A DNA stretch of 64,000 nucleotides from assembly GCA_028285625.1 (NCBI GenBank), contig JANQOX010000012.1:229517-293516 (forward strand), in the 5' to 3' direction. The position numbers and the translations under genes are program-made. The notes under the pieces were generated by a model. That model made no database searches, was not told the origin of the DNA, and saw only the letters and a list, made by a program, of their open reading frames with translations. Shown here in pieces: positions 35,592 through 49,620 of the stretch; the stretch's first letter is position 1, and each line of letters starts with the position of its first letter. The DNA is from Myxococcota bacterium (lineage in GTDB: Bacteria; Myxococcota_A; UBA9160; UBA6930).

Positions 35592-35956
35592 TTGGAGGAC
35601 GGGTCCGGGTCAACTACCCGGCATCGGCGTAACGGCTCAGAAGACCGCCGCTCGCGGAGCCTCTTGGACGGGCCGGTTGACCCAAGCCTGCCCGCAGGTT
35701 GCCCAGCCGTCCGCGGGTACGGCCCACTTCTCGTCCCGTACCACGGGGCGCAGCGGCTGCTCCCGAGCCCGGCCCGGCTGCTCAACGCCTCGGCACACCC
35801 CGAAGCCGTTCCGCCGTCGCTGAGCCGCAGACGGCAGGGCGCCCTCCAATCAACAAGGTGAGCCGACTCTGAGCAGCAAGCGCCAGCCAGTCGTCGTTCC
35901 CCAAGCCAGGCCCGGCTGCTCCGAGCTTCGGCACATCCAGGTGCCGTTACGCCGAT
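35583..35956. repeat. Nested inverted and direct repeats filling the parB-bactofilin spacer
   Basis: IR-A is GTTGATTGGAGG (35587-35598, overlapping the parB stop) with CCTCCAATCAAC (35843-35854). IR-B is ATCGGCGTAACGGC (35623-35636) with GCCGTTACGCCGAT (35943-35956). The direct repeat GGCCCGGCTGCTC...TCGGCACA occurs at 35771-35797 and 35909-35935. A local hairpin pairs GGGTACGG (35714-35721) with CCGTACC (35737-35743). Confidence 0.75.
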
Positions 35957-35994
35957 TCCGAGCGGCACGCGCCTGGGTGTCCTAAACCGACCAA

Positions 35995-36417
35995 GTGAGC
36001 ATCGTCCTGGCACCCGGAGCCCGATTCGAAGGGCTGCTCACCTTCCGGGGCGAGGCTCGCGTCGAGGGCGAGCTCCGGGGTGAGGTGGTGGCCGAGGGGC
36101 GACTGGAGGTCGGGCCCGAGGCGCGCATCGAGGCGCGGGTCGAAGTCGACGAGCTGATCGTGGAGGGTCAGATCGAAGGCGACGTCGAGGCGCGAACCCG
36201 GGTCCGGGTGGCGTCCAGCGGCCGGATCGAGGGTCGTGTGAAGGCGCCCCGCCTGGCCGTCGAGGACGGCGGTCGCATCCAGGCCCGTAGCCTGGCCGCC
36301 GGAAGCGGCGAAGAGAGCTCGGAGCCTGCGGCAGACGGCGACGAAGCGCGCGCCGAGGCCGGCCGTGGCGGGGTCGACGAATCCGCCCCGCCGCTCCTCG
36401 AGACCACGCCCGAATAG
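35995..36417 (+). CDS. Bactofilin (polymer-forming cytoskeletal protein, DUF583)
   Basis: 140 aa; a repetitive beta-helix pattern (G.L.F.G.ARVEGELRGEVVAEGRLEVGPEARIEARVEVDELIVEGQIEGDVEA...RIEGRVKAPRLAVEDGGRI) and an acidic, disordered C-terminus. Confidence 0.8.
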   Translation: MSIVLAPGARFEGLLTFRGEARVEGELRGEVVAEGRLEVGPEARIEARVEVDELIVEGQIEGDVEARTRVRVASSGRIEGRVKAPRLAVEDGGRIQARSLAAGSGEESSEPAADGDEARAEAGRGGVDESAPPLLETTPE

Positions 36418-36684
36418 CCCCGGGCCGACCCCGCCGGGCAAGTGTTCGGGCGCCGGAAACCGGTTGAAAGTCGGGCGTGTTTTGTCACCATTCGCGCCGC
36501 CGGAGACCCGCCGGGAGCGGCCGATCGCCCCCCGCGAGCTCCGAGACCCGATCCGGATTTCTTCCGGGATTTCGGGAGCCTGAAAGGCACGGATCCGGAC
36601 GACCGGACCGGCCGCAGGCCGACCTCGCGCTGACCCCCCTCCCGTAGCGGGCTCCGTGCGACCAAACGGAGCGACCAGGACGGA

Positions 36685-37203
36685 ATGACGCGACGACTCG
36701 CCGGCATCCCCCCCGCCGTAGCTGCCTTCTTGCTTCCGCAGGCCGCGTTCGCGGCGGAAGGCGGCCTCCAGATCTTCCCGGACTGGACGGGCCTGCTGCC
36801 CATCATGATCGGCCTGTTCCTGGTGCTGATCGTCCCGTGCCAGAAGCTCCTGTTCGTGCCGCTGATCGGCGTACTCGAAGAGCGCCGTGCCCGAATCCAG
36901 GGCCGCCAGGAGCGCGCCCAGGTGGTGGGAGGCGAGGCCGACGAGGTCAAGGGCCGCTACCAGGCTCAGGTCGAGACGGCACGGGGTGGCGCCCAAGACG
37001 CCCGCCGCGAGGTGATCGACGGGGCCCGCAGCAGCCAGTCGCGCATCGGCAACGACGCGCGTGCCACGGCCGAGCAAGAGGTCACGCGCGCGCGCGAGCA
37101 GGTGGCGCAGGCGCTCGAAGAGGCCCGCGGCCAGCTCCGCGAGCAGGCGAGCACGCTGGCACGCGACGCTGCATCCCAGGTGCTCGGGAGGCCGCTCTCG
37201 TGA
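36685..37203 (+). CDS. F0 ATP synthase subunit b family (b'-like, first of a b/b' pair)
   Basis: An N-terminal signal/transmembrane segment followed by a long Ala/Arg/Glu-rich coiled coil. It is the first gene of the atp b-b-delta-alpha-gamma-beta-epsilon cluster. Confidence 0.7.
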   Translation: MTRRLAGIPPAVAAFLLPQAAFAAEGGLQIFPDWTGLLPIMIGLFLVLIVPCQKLLFVPLIGVLEERRARIQGRQERAQVVGGEADEVKGRYQAQVETARGGAQDARREVIDGARSSQSRIGNDARATAEQEVTRAREQVAQALEEARGQLREQASTLARDAASQVLGRPLS

Positions 37204-37760
37204 TCTTCTCCCGTTCCTTCTTCTGGCTCGCGGTCGCCGCACTGCTCGCACCCCAGGCCGCATTCGCAGCGGCCGAAGGAGGCATGGGCTTCGTGTGGGA
37301 GGCGGCGAACCTTCTGCTCCTGCTGACCGTGCTGTTCTTCGCCGCTCGCAAGCCCGTCAGTGCCTACCTGGCCGACCGTCGCCACGGCATCGTGGCCGAC
37401 ATGGAGTCGTCCGAGAAGCTGCTGCTCGACGCAGAAGAGCGCCTGGCAGACTGGGGCCGCCGCGCCGACGGGGTCGAGGACGAGACTGCCGAGATCCGGC
37501 GCGCTGCACGCGCGGCCGCGGAGGCCGAGGCGGCGGGCATCGTGGCCGATGCCGAGGCCACCGCAGAGCGCATCAAGAATGGCGCCCAGGCTGCCATCGA
37601 CAGCGAGCTTCGCCGCGCCCGTGCCGCCCTGCAGCAGGACGCGGCCGAGCTTGCGGTGTCGCTGGCCGGCGACCTGCTTCGCGACAACGTGACGGACGCC
37701 GACCAGGACCGGCTGGTGGACGAATTCGCCACGCGCCTCGAGCGCGGGGAGGCCGCCTGA
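37200..37760 (+). CDS. atpF: F0 ATP synthase subunit b
   Basis: The GTG at 37200 overlaps the upstream stop (GTGA). It has a transmembrane segment (NLLLLLTVLFFAARKPV) and a coiled coil. Confidence 0.7.
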   Translation: MIFSRSFFWLAVAALLAPQAAFAAAEGGMGFVWEAANLLLLLTVLFFAARKPVSAYLADRRHGIVADMESSEKLLLDAEERLADWGRRADGVEDETAEIRRAARAAAEAEAAGIVADAEATAERIKNGAQAAIDSELRRARAALQQDAAELAVSLAGDLLRDNVTDADQDRLVDEFATRLERGEAA

Positions 37761-38302
37761 TGGCCCGCGGAGCCGCCGCCCGACGCTACGCCAAGGCCCT
37801 GTTCGAGCTGGCTCGCGACGCCGACCGGGTGGTTCCGGTTCGCGACGAGCTCGACACGCTCGGTGGGCTGCTCGACGAGCACGAGGAGCTGGCCAGCGTG
37901 CTGCTCCAGCCGCTGCACCCGGCGAGCCAGCGCCGGGGCGTCCTGAACGGTCTGCTCGAGCGCATGAATGCCAGCGAGCTGCTGCGGCACTTCCTGGCCT
38001 TTCTGATCGACCAGCGGCGCCTGCTCGATCTCGAGGCCATCCGCGGCGAGTACGCGCGGCTGGCAGACGAGGCCGCAGGCAAGAAGAAGGCGCTGGTCGT
38101 CGCCGCTCGCCCGCTTCGCGATGAGCAGGTCGATCGGCTTCGCAGCGCGCTGTCGGCGCGCACCGGACAGGATCTCGAGCTCGAAGTCGAGATCGACCCC
38201 AAGCTGCTCGGGGGCGTGGTCGCCAAGGTCGGCGATCTCGTCTTCGACGGAAGCCTGCGCACCCAGCTCGAGCAGCTGCGCGGCGCGTTGGCGGACGGCT
38301 AG
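37760..38302 (+). CDS. atpH: F1 ATP synthase subunit delta (OSCP)
   Basis: ATG at 37760 overlaps the atpF stop. It has [11 protein letters not shown]... and a C-terminal [26 protein letters not shown] motif. Confidence 0.85.
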   Translation: MARGAAARRYAKALFELARDADRVVPVRDELDTLGGLLDEHEELASVLLQPLHPASQRRGVLNGLLERMNASELLRHFLAFLIDQRRLLDLEAIRGEYARLADEAAGKKKALVVAARPLRDEQVDRLRSALSARTGQDLELEVEIDPKLLGGVVAKVGDLVFDGSLRTQLEQLRGALADG

Positions 38303-38358
38303 CACCCGCACCCCACCGATCGCGGATCCCCGCATCGGCAGCGAACGAGGAACAACCC

Positions 38359-39885
<1,527 letters not shown>

Positions 39886-39888
39886 ACG

Positions 39889-42242
<2,354 letters not shown>

Positions 42243-42253
42243 GGGACGGACGC

Positions 42254-42670
42254 ATGGCACTCGAACTGATCGTGGTGACGCCCGAAGGTCAGGCCTTCCA
42301 GGGCCCGGTGGAATCGGTCGTGCTTCCGGGCACCGAGGGCGAGTTCGGCCTGCTCGCCGGTCACGAGGTCTTCATGACCGCGCTGCAGCCGGGCACGCTC
42401 ACCCTGGTCGCCGACGGCGAGCCGCAGCTCGCGGCGGTCTCGAAGGGCTTCGCCGAGATCCACGGCGACGAGGTCACCGTGATGGTGGGCTCGTGCGAGT
42501 TCGCATCCGACATCGATCGCACGCGCGCCGAGGTCGCACGGGACCGCGCGCTCAAGCAGCTCGAAGAGATGCGCGGCACGGCCGAGGGCGAAGAGGCGTA
42601 CCAGGAGTTCCAGGAAGAGTACTCCCGCGCCGTGGCCCGTCTGAACGTCACCGAGAAGTTCAAGAGCTAG
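42254..42670 (+). CDS. atpC: F1 ATP synthase subunit epsilon
   Basis: ATG at 42254 (MALELIVVTPEG...), in frame with the 41426 ORF; a beta-sandwich plus a helical hairpin length. Confidence 0.9.
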   Translation: MALELIVVTPEGQAFQGPVESVVLPGTEGEFGLLAGHEVFMTALQPGTLTLVADGEPQLAAVSKGFAEIHGDEVTVMVGSCEFASDIDRTRAEVARDRALKQLEEMRGTAEGEEAYQEFQEEYSRAVARLNVTEKFKS

Positions 42671-42738
42671 ACGAGGTGGCGGGCGGCTTCCGCCCGCGCA
42701 GCGGGCTTCGACAGCCTGCGAGCGCCAGAGACGAAGAA

Positions 42739-42767
42739 GGGGCGTAACCCGGATCGGGTTACGCCCC
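42739..42767. terminator. Bidirectional intrinsic terminator between the convergent atpC and PEP-CTERM genes
   Basis: A 12-bp perfect stem GGGGCGTAACCC / GGGTTACGCCCC with loop GGATC. It is followed by TTTGTTC on the plus strand and preceded by the complement of TTCTTCGT on the minus strand. Confidence 0.7.
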
Positions 42768-42814
42768 TTTGTTCTGGTCGCCCGAGCCCGCGGGCCCGAG
42801 CGCTCGGCCGGTGG

Positions 42815-43462
42815 CTACGACTGGCGGCGTCGCAGCCAGGCCAGACCGAGTGCACCGGCGAGCAGTGCCGCGGTGGCGGGCTCGGGTGCCTGGGTCGGGC
42901 GGACCTCGGCCACGGTCGCGAAGTTGCCGATGTCGGTGCCCGCGACACCCGCGTTGCCGAGCAGCGCGGCCAGCTCCGCGGAGACCACGAGGTCACCCGA
43001 GATGCTGAAGAGCGCCGCATCGCCACCGAGGGCCAGGCCGGCGGTCGGGATGTCGAAGATCGGGCCCAGGCCGCTCACGTTGTCGACGACGAAGAAGCCC
43101 GAGTTGCCACCGACGGCGCGGCCGGCGAAGAACTCGATCGTGAAGTCACCGAGGAAGAGCGAATCGGCGTTGAATCCCACCGAGATCGTGTGCCCGATCA
43201 CGCCCGTGATCGTGTTCAGCAGATCGTCGGTGTCGTAGCCGAACGTGGTCGTCGCCGGGTTGATCAGGGCCGTCTGGGAGCCCGGGATCACGGTGCCCGC
43301 AATGTCCGGGTTCACCGAGGAGACGTCGAGGCCGAGATTCGACAACTGGATCGTGTCGAGGAGGATGTCGGTGCCGCCCGAGACGACTGCGACGGGGATG
43401 GCCGACGCGGAGCTGCTTCCGAGGAAGACGAGCGCCGTGGCGAGAATGAGCTTCTTGAGCAT
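42815..43462 (-). CDS. PEP-CTERM sorting-domain secreted protein
   Basis: ATG at 43462; a signal peptide (MLKKLILATALVFLGSSSASA) and C-terminal PEPATAALLAGALGLAWLRRRQS (PEP motif + transmembrane segment + Arg cluster). Confidence 0.8.
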   Translation of the reverse strand: MLKKLILATALVFLGSSSASAIPVAVVSGGTDILLDTIQLSNLGLDVSSVNPDIAGTVIPGSQTALINPATTTFGYDTDDLLNTITGVIGHTISVGFNADSLFLGDFTIEFFAGRAVGGNSGFFVVDNVSGLGPIFDIPTAGLALGGDAALFSISGDLVVSAELAALLGNAGVAGTDIGNFATVAEVRPTQAPEPATAALLAGALGLAWLRRRQS

Positions 43463-43781
43463 GGTGGTCCTTTCGGGGGGAGGTTCTTCGGGCGCAAGCT
43501 CGCCCGCCGAAAGGACGTGGTTCGGCGCGTGGCGTTGTGTCACGGCCGCCAGAGTTTTTTTGGGGGGGTTCGCTCCTTCCTGGAATCGGCAGGCGCGGTG
43601 CCCCGAGGGGCCAAGATTGGTCGCCGACGCGGAGCGGTACTTGGCCTCGGCCCGCGGGGTACTCGCCCCGACCCTGGACGAATAGGCGGCCGCGCTCGCG
43701 CTACCGAGAGGCCGCTGCCAGCAGATCCGGTTCGGGGAGAGCGCGACCGGTTGGCGCGCGGCGCCTCGGGCGCTCGCGGCC

Positions 43782-44360
43782 TCAGCCGCGAACCGGCGAC
43801 GCCTTGAGCTTGGTCTTGCCGCCCTCGACCACCACCCGGAAGCGCACCTCGGCGCAGCCGGTCTTCTCGCGGATCGCGCGCTCCTGCTTGGCGAGCAGCG
43901 CGTCGAGCTTGTCCTTGGTGACGCCCTTCGTGCCCTGCCCACACGCGAGCCGCGCGGCCAGGTAGTCGTCGAAGAGCCCGCCCTCGCCCGCCTTCGCTCC
44001 GGCGACCGGCTCCCTGCCAGGTTGGCTCGCCACAGCAGAGCTCGCCTCGCGCTCGCGCAGGTTGGCCTTGAAGACGTGCCGCTCGTAGCGGCCCTCCTCG
44101 ATCTTGCGCAGGGTGAGATCCCAGTGGCGCTTGAGCGAGAAGTAGCGGGCGCGCAGGTTGTTGAACTTGAAGCGGTGGCCCGTGTTCTGGATGCGGATGT
44201 TCGCGTACAGGGTCATCATCTTCGCGACCTCGTTCTTCAACAGATAGGGCTCGCGCTTTCGCGTCCCCAGGAAGTACTGGTCGAACTCGTTCTTGAGCTG
44301 CTTCAGCTTCACGTCCATGACGACGAGGTCTTCCTCGACATCGGTGCCAAACTGGGCCAT
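43782..44360 (-). CDS. Conserved hypothetical protein (function unknown)
   Basis: ATG at 44360 (MAQFGTDVEEDLVVMDVKLKQLKNEFDQYFLGTRKREPY...). Its composition is non-biased, unlike the surrounding artefact ORFs. I recognise no domain with confidence. Confidence 0.5.
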   Translation of the reverse strand: MAQFGTDVEEDLVVMDVKLKQLKNEFDQYFLGTRKREPYLLKNEVAKMMTLYANIRIQNTGHRFKFNNLRARYFSLKRHWDLTLRKIEEGRYERHVFKANLREREASSAVASQPGREPVAGAKAGEGGLFDDYLAARLACGQGTKGVTKDKLDALLAKQERAIREKTGCAEVRFRVVVEGGKTKLKASPVRG

Positions 44361-44468
44361 GCCCACGGCATCGGAGGCCCAGGCGCCTCGCTTGAGGGGA
44401 TTGGCCCACGGTACCGTGGCGCATGGTCCATCCAGCCCGGTGGTGACCTCCGATAGGATCCCGCCGTC

Positions 44469-45614
44469 TTGACCCGCATCCTGCTCGAGAACTGCACCCT
44501 GCTGGACCCCGACGCCCCGGCGCCGGCACCCGGGTGCCTGCTGATCGAAGCCGGGCGCATCGTCGACCGGCTGCCCGAGGGCGAAGCCGTCGATGCGCAG
44601 CGGGTCGATCTCGGGGGACTGCACCTGGCCCCGGGGTTCGTCGACGTGCACTACCACGGTCGCTTCGTGCTCAGCGCTCCGGAGCAATACGGCGAGCTGG
44701 TTCGCGGCACCGGTGCCGAGCTGGCCGCCCAGGGGACGACCGCCTACCTCCCCACGACCGTGGCCTGGCCGGCACCCGAGCTGCTCGAGCGAGTCCGGTC
44801 GCTGGCTCGCGTCATCGACGATGACGCAGGCGGCGCGCGCGCCCTGGGTCTTCACCTGGAGGGTCCGTGGATCCGCCCCGAAGCCGCCGGCGCGCAGCCG
44901 CCCGCCGGTATCCGACCGTTCGATTCTTCAGAAGCGGCGGGCCTCTTGGACGGTGCGGCGGGCCTGGTCCGGATGGTCACCTTCGCCCCGGAAGTCCCTG
45001 GGGCGCACCAGCTCGAGGAGCAGCTGGCGCGCCGGGGGATCCTCGCGTCGTTGGGTCACAGCCTGGCCGACGACGCCTGCGTCATGGCGGCGGTCGATCG
45101 CGGGGTAGCGCGTCATGTGACGCATCTCTTCAACGCGATGGGCGGGCTGCATCATCGCGATCGCGGCCTGGCCGGCGTGGCGCTGACCGAGGACCGACTC
45201 AGCTGCGACCTGATCTGCGACGGCGTCCACGTCCACCCGGCGATCGTGCGGCTGGCAGCGCGGGCCAAGGGTGACCGCCTGGCCCTGATCACCGACCGCA
45301 TCGATCCCGAGGGCTCCGATCCCGGGTTCGGTTCGGGCGCTCTCGTGGATGATGGCGAGGCGTTGCGGTTGGCCGACGGCACCCTGGCGGGCTCGACCCT
45401 CTCCATGGCTCGCGCGGTTCGCAATGCGGTGGCGTTCGGGGCGCTGTCGCTTCACCAGGCCGTCGCGGCCGCGACGCTGCGGCCGGCCGAGTTGATCGGC
45501 TGCGAGGCCGAGGTGGGCAGCCTGCGGCCCGGGGCGCGCGCCGACCTGGTGGTGCTGGGCGATTCGGGGCGCGTCGAGGCCACCTGGCTCGGTGGCGCGC
45601 CCCTCGCAGGCTGA
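44469..45614 (+). CDS. nagA: N-acetylglucosamine-6-phosphate deacetylase
   Basis: TTG start; amidohydrolase motifs GFVDVHYHG, HLEGPWI, SLGHS and THLFNAM. Confidence 0.85.
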   Translation: MTRILLENCTLLDPDAPAPAPGCLLIEAGRIVDRLPEGEAVDAQRVDLGGLHLAPGFVDVHYHGRFVLSAPEQYGELVRGTGAELAAQGTTAYLPTTVAWPAPELLERVRSLARVIDDDAGGARALGLHLEGPWIRPEAAGAQPPAGIRPFDSSEAAGLLDGAAGLVRMVTFAPEVPGAHQLEEQLARRGILASLGHSLADDACVMAAVDRGVARHVTHLFNAMGGLHHRDRGLAGVALTEDRLSCDLICDGVHVHPAIVRLAARAKGDRLALITDRIDPEGSDPGFGSGALVDDGEALRLADGTLAGSTLSMARAVRNAVAFGALSLHQAVAAATLRPAELIGCEAEVGSLRPGARADLVVLGDSGRVEATWLGGAPLAG

Positions 45615-45634
45615 TCGGCGAGCCCTCGAGCCCA

Positions 45635-45695
45635 GAACCGCTGGGCCCCCGCTACGGGAACCGCTGGGCCCCCGCTACGGGAACCGCTGGGCCCC
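45635..45695. repeat. 23-bp tandem repeat (~2.7 copies) between the convergent nagA and bioD genes
   Basis: gaaccgctgggcccccgctacgg, with units starting at 45635, 45658 and 45681. Confidence 0.9.
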
Positions 45696-45704
45696 TGCGC
45701 GCCG

Positions 45705-47681
<1,977 letters not shown>

Positions 47682-47682
<1 letters not shown>

Positions 47683-48779
47683 TAGTCGGCTCGCGTCGCG
47701 CCCGGACCGCGCTGCTCCGCGCGGATGTCGGGCTTCAGGATCTCGCCCTCGCCGCCGCGCAGCCGGAAGTCGCCGCGCCCGGGCACGTTGCCGTCCCAGT
47801 CGGGATTGCCCGCAACCTCGAACCCGGCGTCGCGGATCATGCGATAGGTCTCGGCCTCGTCGTCGCCGCGGGTGGTGAGGTAGCCCTCGACGAACAGCGA
47901 GTTGGCCGGGTAGAGCGCGAGCGGGCCCAGTGCGCGCAGGTGGCCTTCGCGACCGCCCGCGATGCGCACCTCGGCGGCCGGGTTCACCAGCCGCATCAGC
48001 GCGAGCGCCCGCAGGCAGCGCTCGGGGGTGAGCGAGCCGTCGCTCTGCACCGGGTTGCCGCCGATCGGGATGAGGAAGTTCACCGGGATCGACGGCACCT
48101 CGAGCTCGCGCAGCCGGAATGCGACTTCGACCACGTCTTCTGCCGTCTCGCCCATGCCGACGATCAGTCCGCTGCACGGCTCGATGCCGCACTTCTTCGC
48201 CGCGCGCAGCGTGGCGACGCGGTCATCGTAGTCGTGGGTGCTGCAGATCTCGCCGTAGTGCGATGCGCTGGTGTTCAGGTTGTGGTTCAGGCGGTCGAGC
48301 CCGGCCTCGGCGAGGATGCGCGCGTGCTCCTCCTCGAGCAGGCCCACCGAGAGGCAGACCTCGATGCGGTGGCGCTCCTTCACCGTGCGCACCAGCCCAG
48401 CGAGCTTGTGCGCCGTGGCGACCGTGGGACCGCGGCCGCTCATCACCATGCAGTAGCGGGACGCGCCGGCGCGGGCGGCCGCCTCGGCCTCGGCGAGGAT
48501 CTCGTCCTCGCTCTTCATCGGGTACTTGCGGATCGCGGCACTCGAGTCGCGCGACTGCGAGCAGTAGCCGCAGTCCTCGGGGCAAAGGCCGTTCTGCACG
48601 TTGTTCAGCACGTGCACCTGGACGGCGCGTCCCCAGTGCTTCTCGCGCGGGGCGAACGCCGCGTGCAGCAGCGGCAGCAGGGCCACGTCGTCCCCGCCGA
48701 GCACCCAGAGCGCGTCCTGCTCGCTGGGGGCTTCGCCGGCCAGGGCCCGCTCGGCCAGTCGCTCGTAGCGCTCGAACAT
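47682..48779 (-). CDS. bioB: Biotin synthase (radical SAM)
   Basis: ATG at 48779 is preceded by GGAGGA. It has the radical-SAM CPEDCGYCSQ motif and YNHNLNTS-like DRLNHNLNTS. Confidence 0.92.
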
Positions 48780-48871
48780 GGGGTCTTCCTCCGTCTTGCC
48801 CGGGCCCAAGGCCCGTCCGGCGGGGGGCCGGCGGCCCCGGAACCCCCCTAGTCTCGGGCAGTTGGGAGCCT

Positions 48872-48901
48872 CGTCAACCCTGCCTTGGAGTTAGGTTGAC
48901 A
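48872..48901. promoter_or_regulatory. Candidate BirA operator (bioO-like inverted repeat) in the bioB / phosphatase-like divergent region
   Basis: cGTCAACC-N14-GGTTGACa, versus the BirA consensus as I recall it (TGTAAACC-N14/15-GGTTTACA). It lies about 95-120 nt upstream of the bioB ATG. Confidence 0.5.
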
Positions 48902-48954
48902 GCCCGGCCGGCCCTCGGGCGCCTATCTTCTCCGTAGGAAGAGGAGGATCTCTC

Positions 48955-49557
48955 ATGGCCATCTTCGGTACCCGGACCGCCGGCGTCCTCGCGATCGCGG
49001 GGGCCCTCTGGCTGGGCGGGATCGCCTGGGCGGTGCCCGCCGCGGCCACCCCGCCCGAGGCGCCCCTGGCCAGCGTCGAGGGCCCCGAGACCTGGGGCGG
49101 CGTCTCCAACGTGACGGCCCTGGGCCGGCTCCGCATGTCGGGCCAGCCCGATCCCGCCGGCATCGCTGCGGCGGCCGAGGCCGGGGTGGGCCTGGTGGTG
49201 AACCTGCGGACCGAGCGCGAAATGTCGGCGTTGGGCTTCGACGAACGGGTCGCCGTGGAGGCGGCCGGTATGCGCTACGAGCACGTGCCGGTCTCGGGGG
49301 CGGGTCTCGACGCGGCGACCCTCGCGCGGGTGGATGCGCTGGTGGCCGATGCACCCGAGGGTCCGGTCTGGGTGCACTGCGCCAGCAGCAACCGCGTGGG
49401 CGCCTGGCTGGCGTGGCACCTGGTCCGAGAGCACGGCCTCGGGCAGGACGTGGCCATCGGGTTGGGGCGCGAGGCCGGCCTGCGCAGCGCGGGGCTCGAA
49501 CGCCAGGTCCGCAACCTGGTCGGGCCGCCGGCAGACGAGAGCGTGCCCGAGGAGTAG
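48955..49557 (+). CDS. Secreted Cys-based phosphatase-like protein (DUF442 / dual-specificity phosphatase-like fold)
   Basis: A good RBS (GGAGGA), a signal peptide and the P-loop-like VHCASSNRVG motif. The general layout is that of the TIGR01244/DUF442 family. Confidence 0.6.
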   Translation: MAIFGTRTAGVLAIAGALWLGGIAWAVPAAATPPEAPLASVEGPETWGGVSNVTALGRLRMSGQPDPAGIAAAAEAGVGLVVNLRTEREMSALGFDERVAVEAAGMRYEHVPVSGAGLDAATLARVDALVADAPEGPVWVHCASSNRVGAWLAWHLVREHGLGQDVAIGLGREAGLRSAGLERQVRNLVGPPADESVPEE

Positions 49558-49620
49558 CGCGCACCGCATTCGCTCCGGCGCGCGGCGGTTCGCTTCGCGC
49601 GCGGGGTATGCTCGCGGGCC

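Noticed and set aside
35583-35956. A retron msr/msd or an IS/MITE with terminal inverted repeats
   Set aside because: No reverse transcriptase or transposase is nearby. The two inverted-repeat pairs are interleaved rather than terminal, and no target-site duplication is evident. It is kept only as an unexplained structured region.
36418-36684. A sigma70 promoter TTGAAA-N17-ACCATT upstream of the atp b' gene
   Set aside because: The -10 candidate lacks the conserved TA...T pattern, so the evidence is too weak to annotate.
45635-45695. The 23-24-bp tandem repeats (also at 8145 and 32656) as a mini-CRISPR array
   Set aside because: The units are directly abutting without spacers. There are only 2-3 copies, the sequence differs at each locus, and no cas genes are present.
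48895-48954. TTGACA at 48895 as the -35 of the phosphatase-like gene with a TATCTT -10
   Set aside because: The spacing between the two hexamers is 22 nt, outside the functional 16-19 nt range. The TTGACA is instead interpreted as part of the BirA-like inverted repeat.
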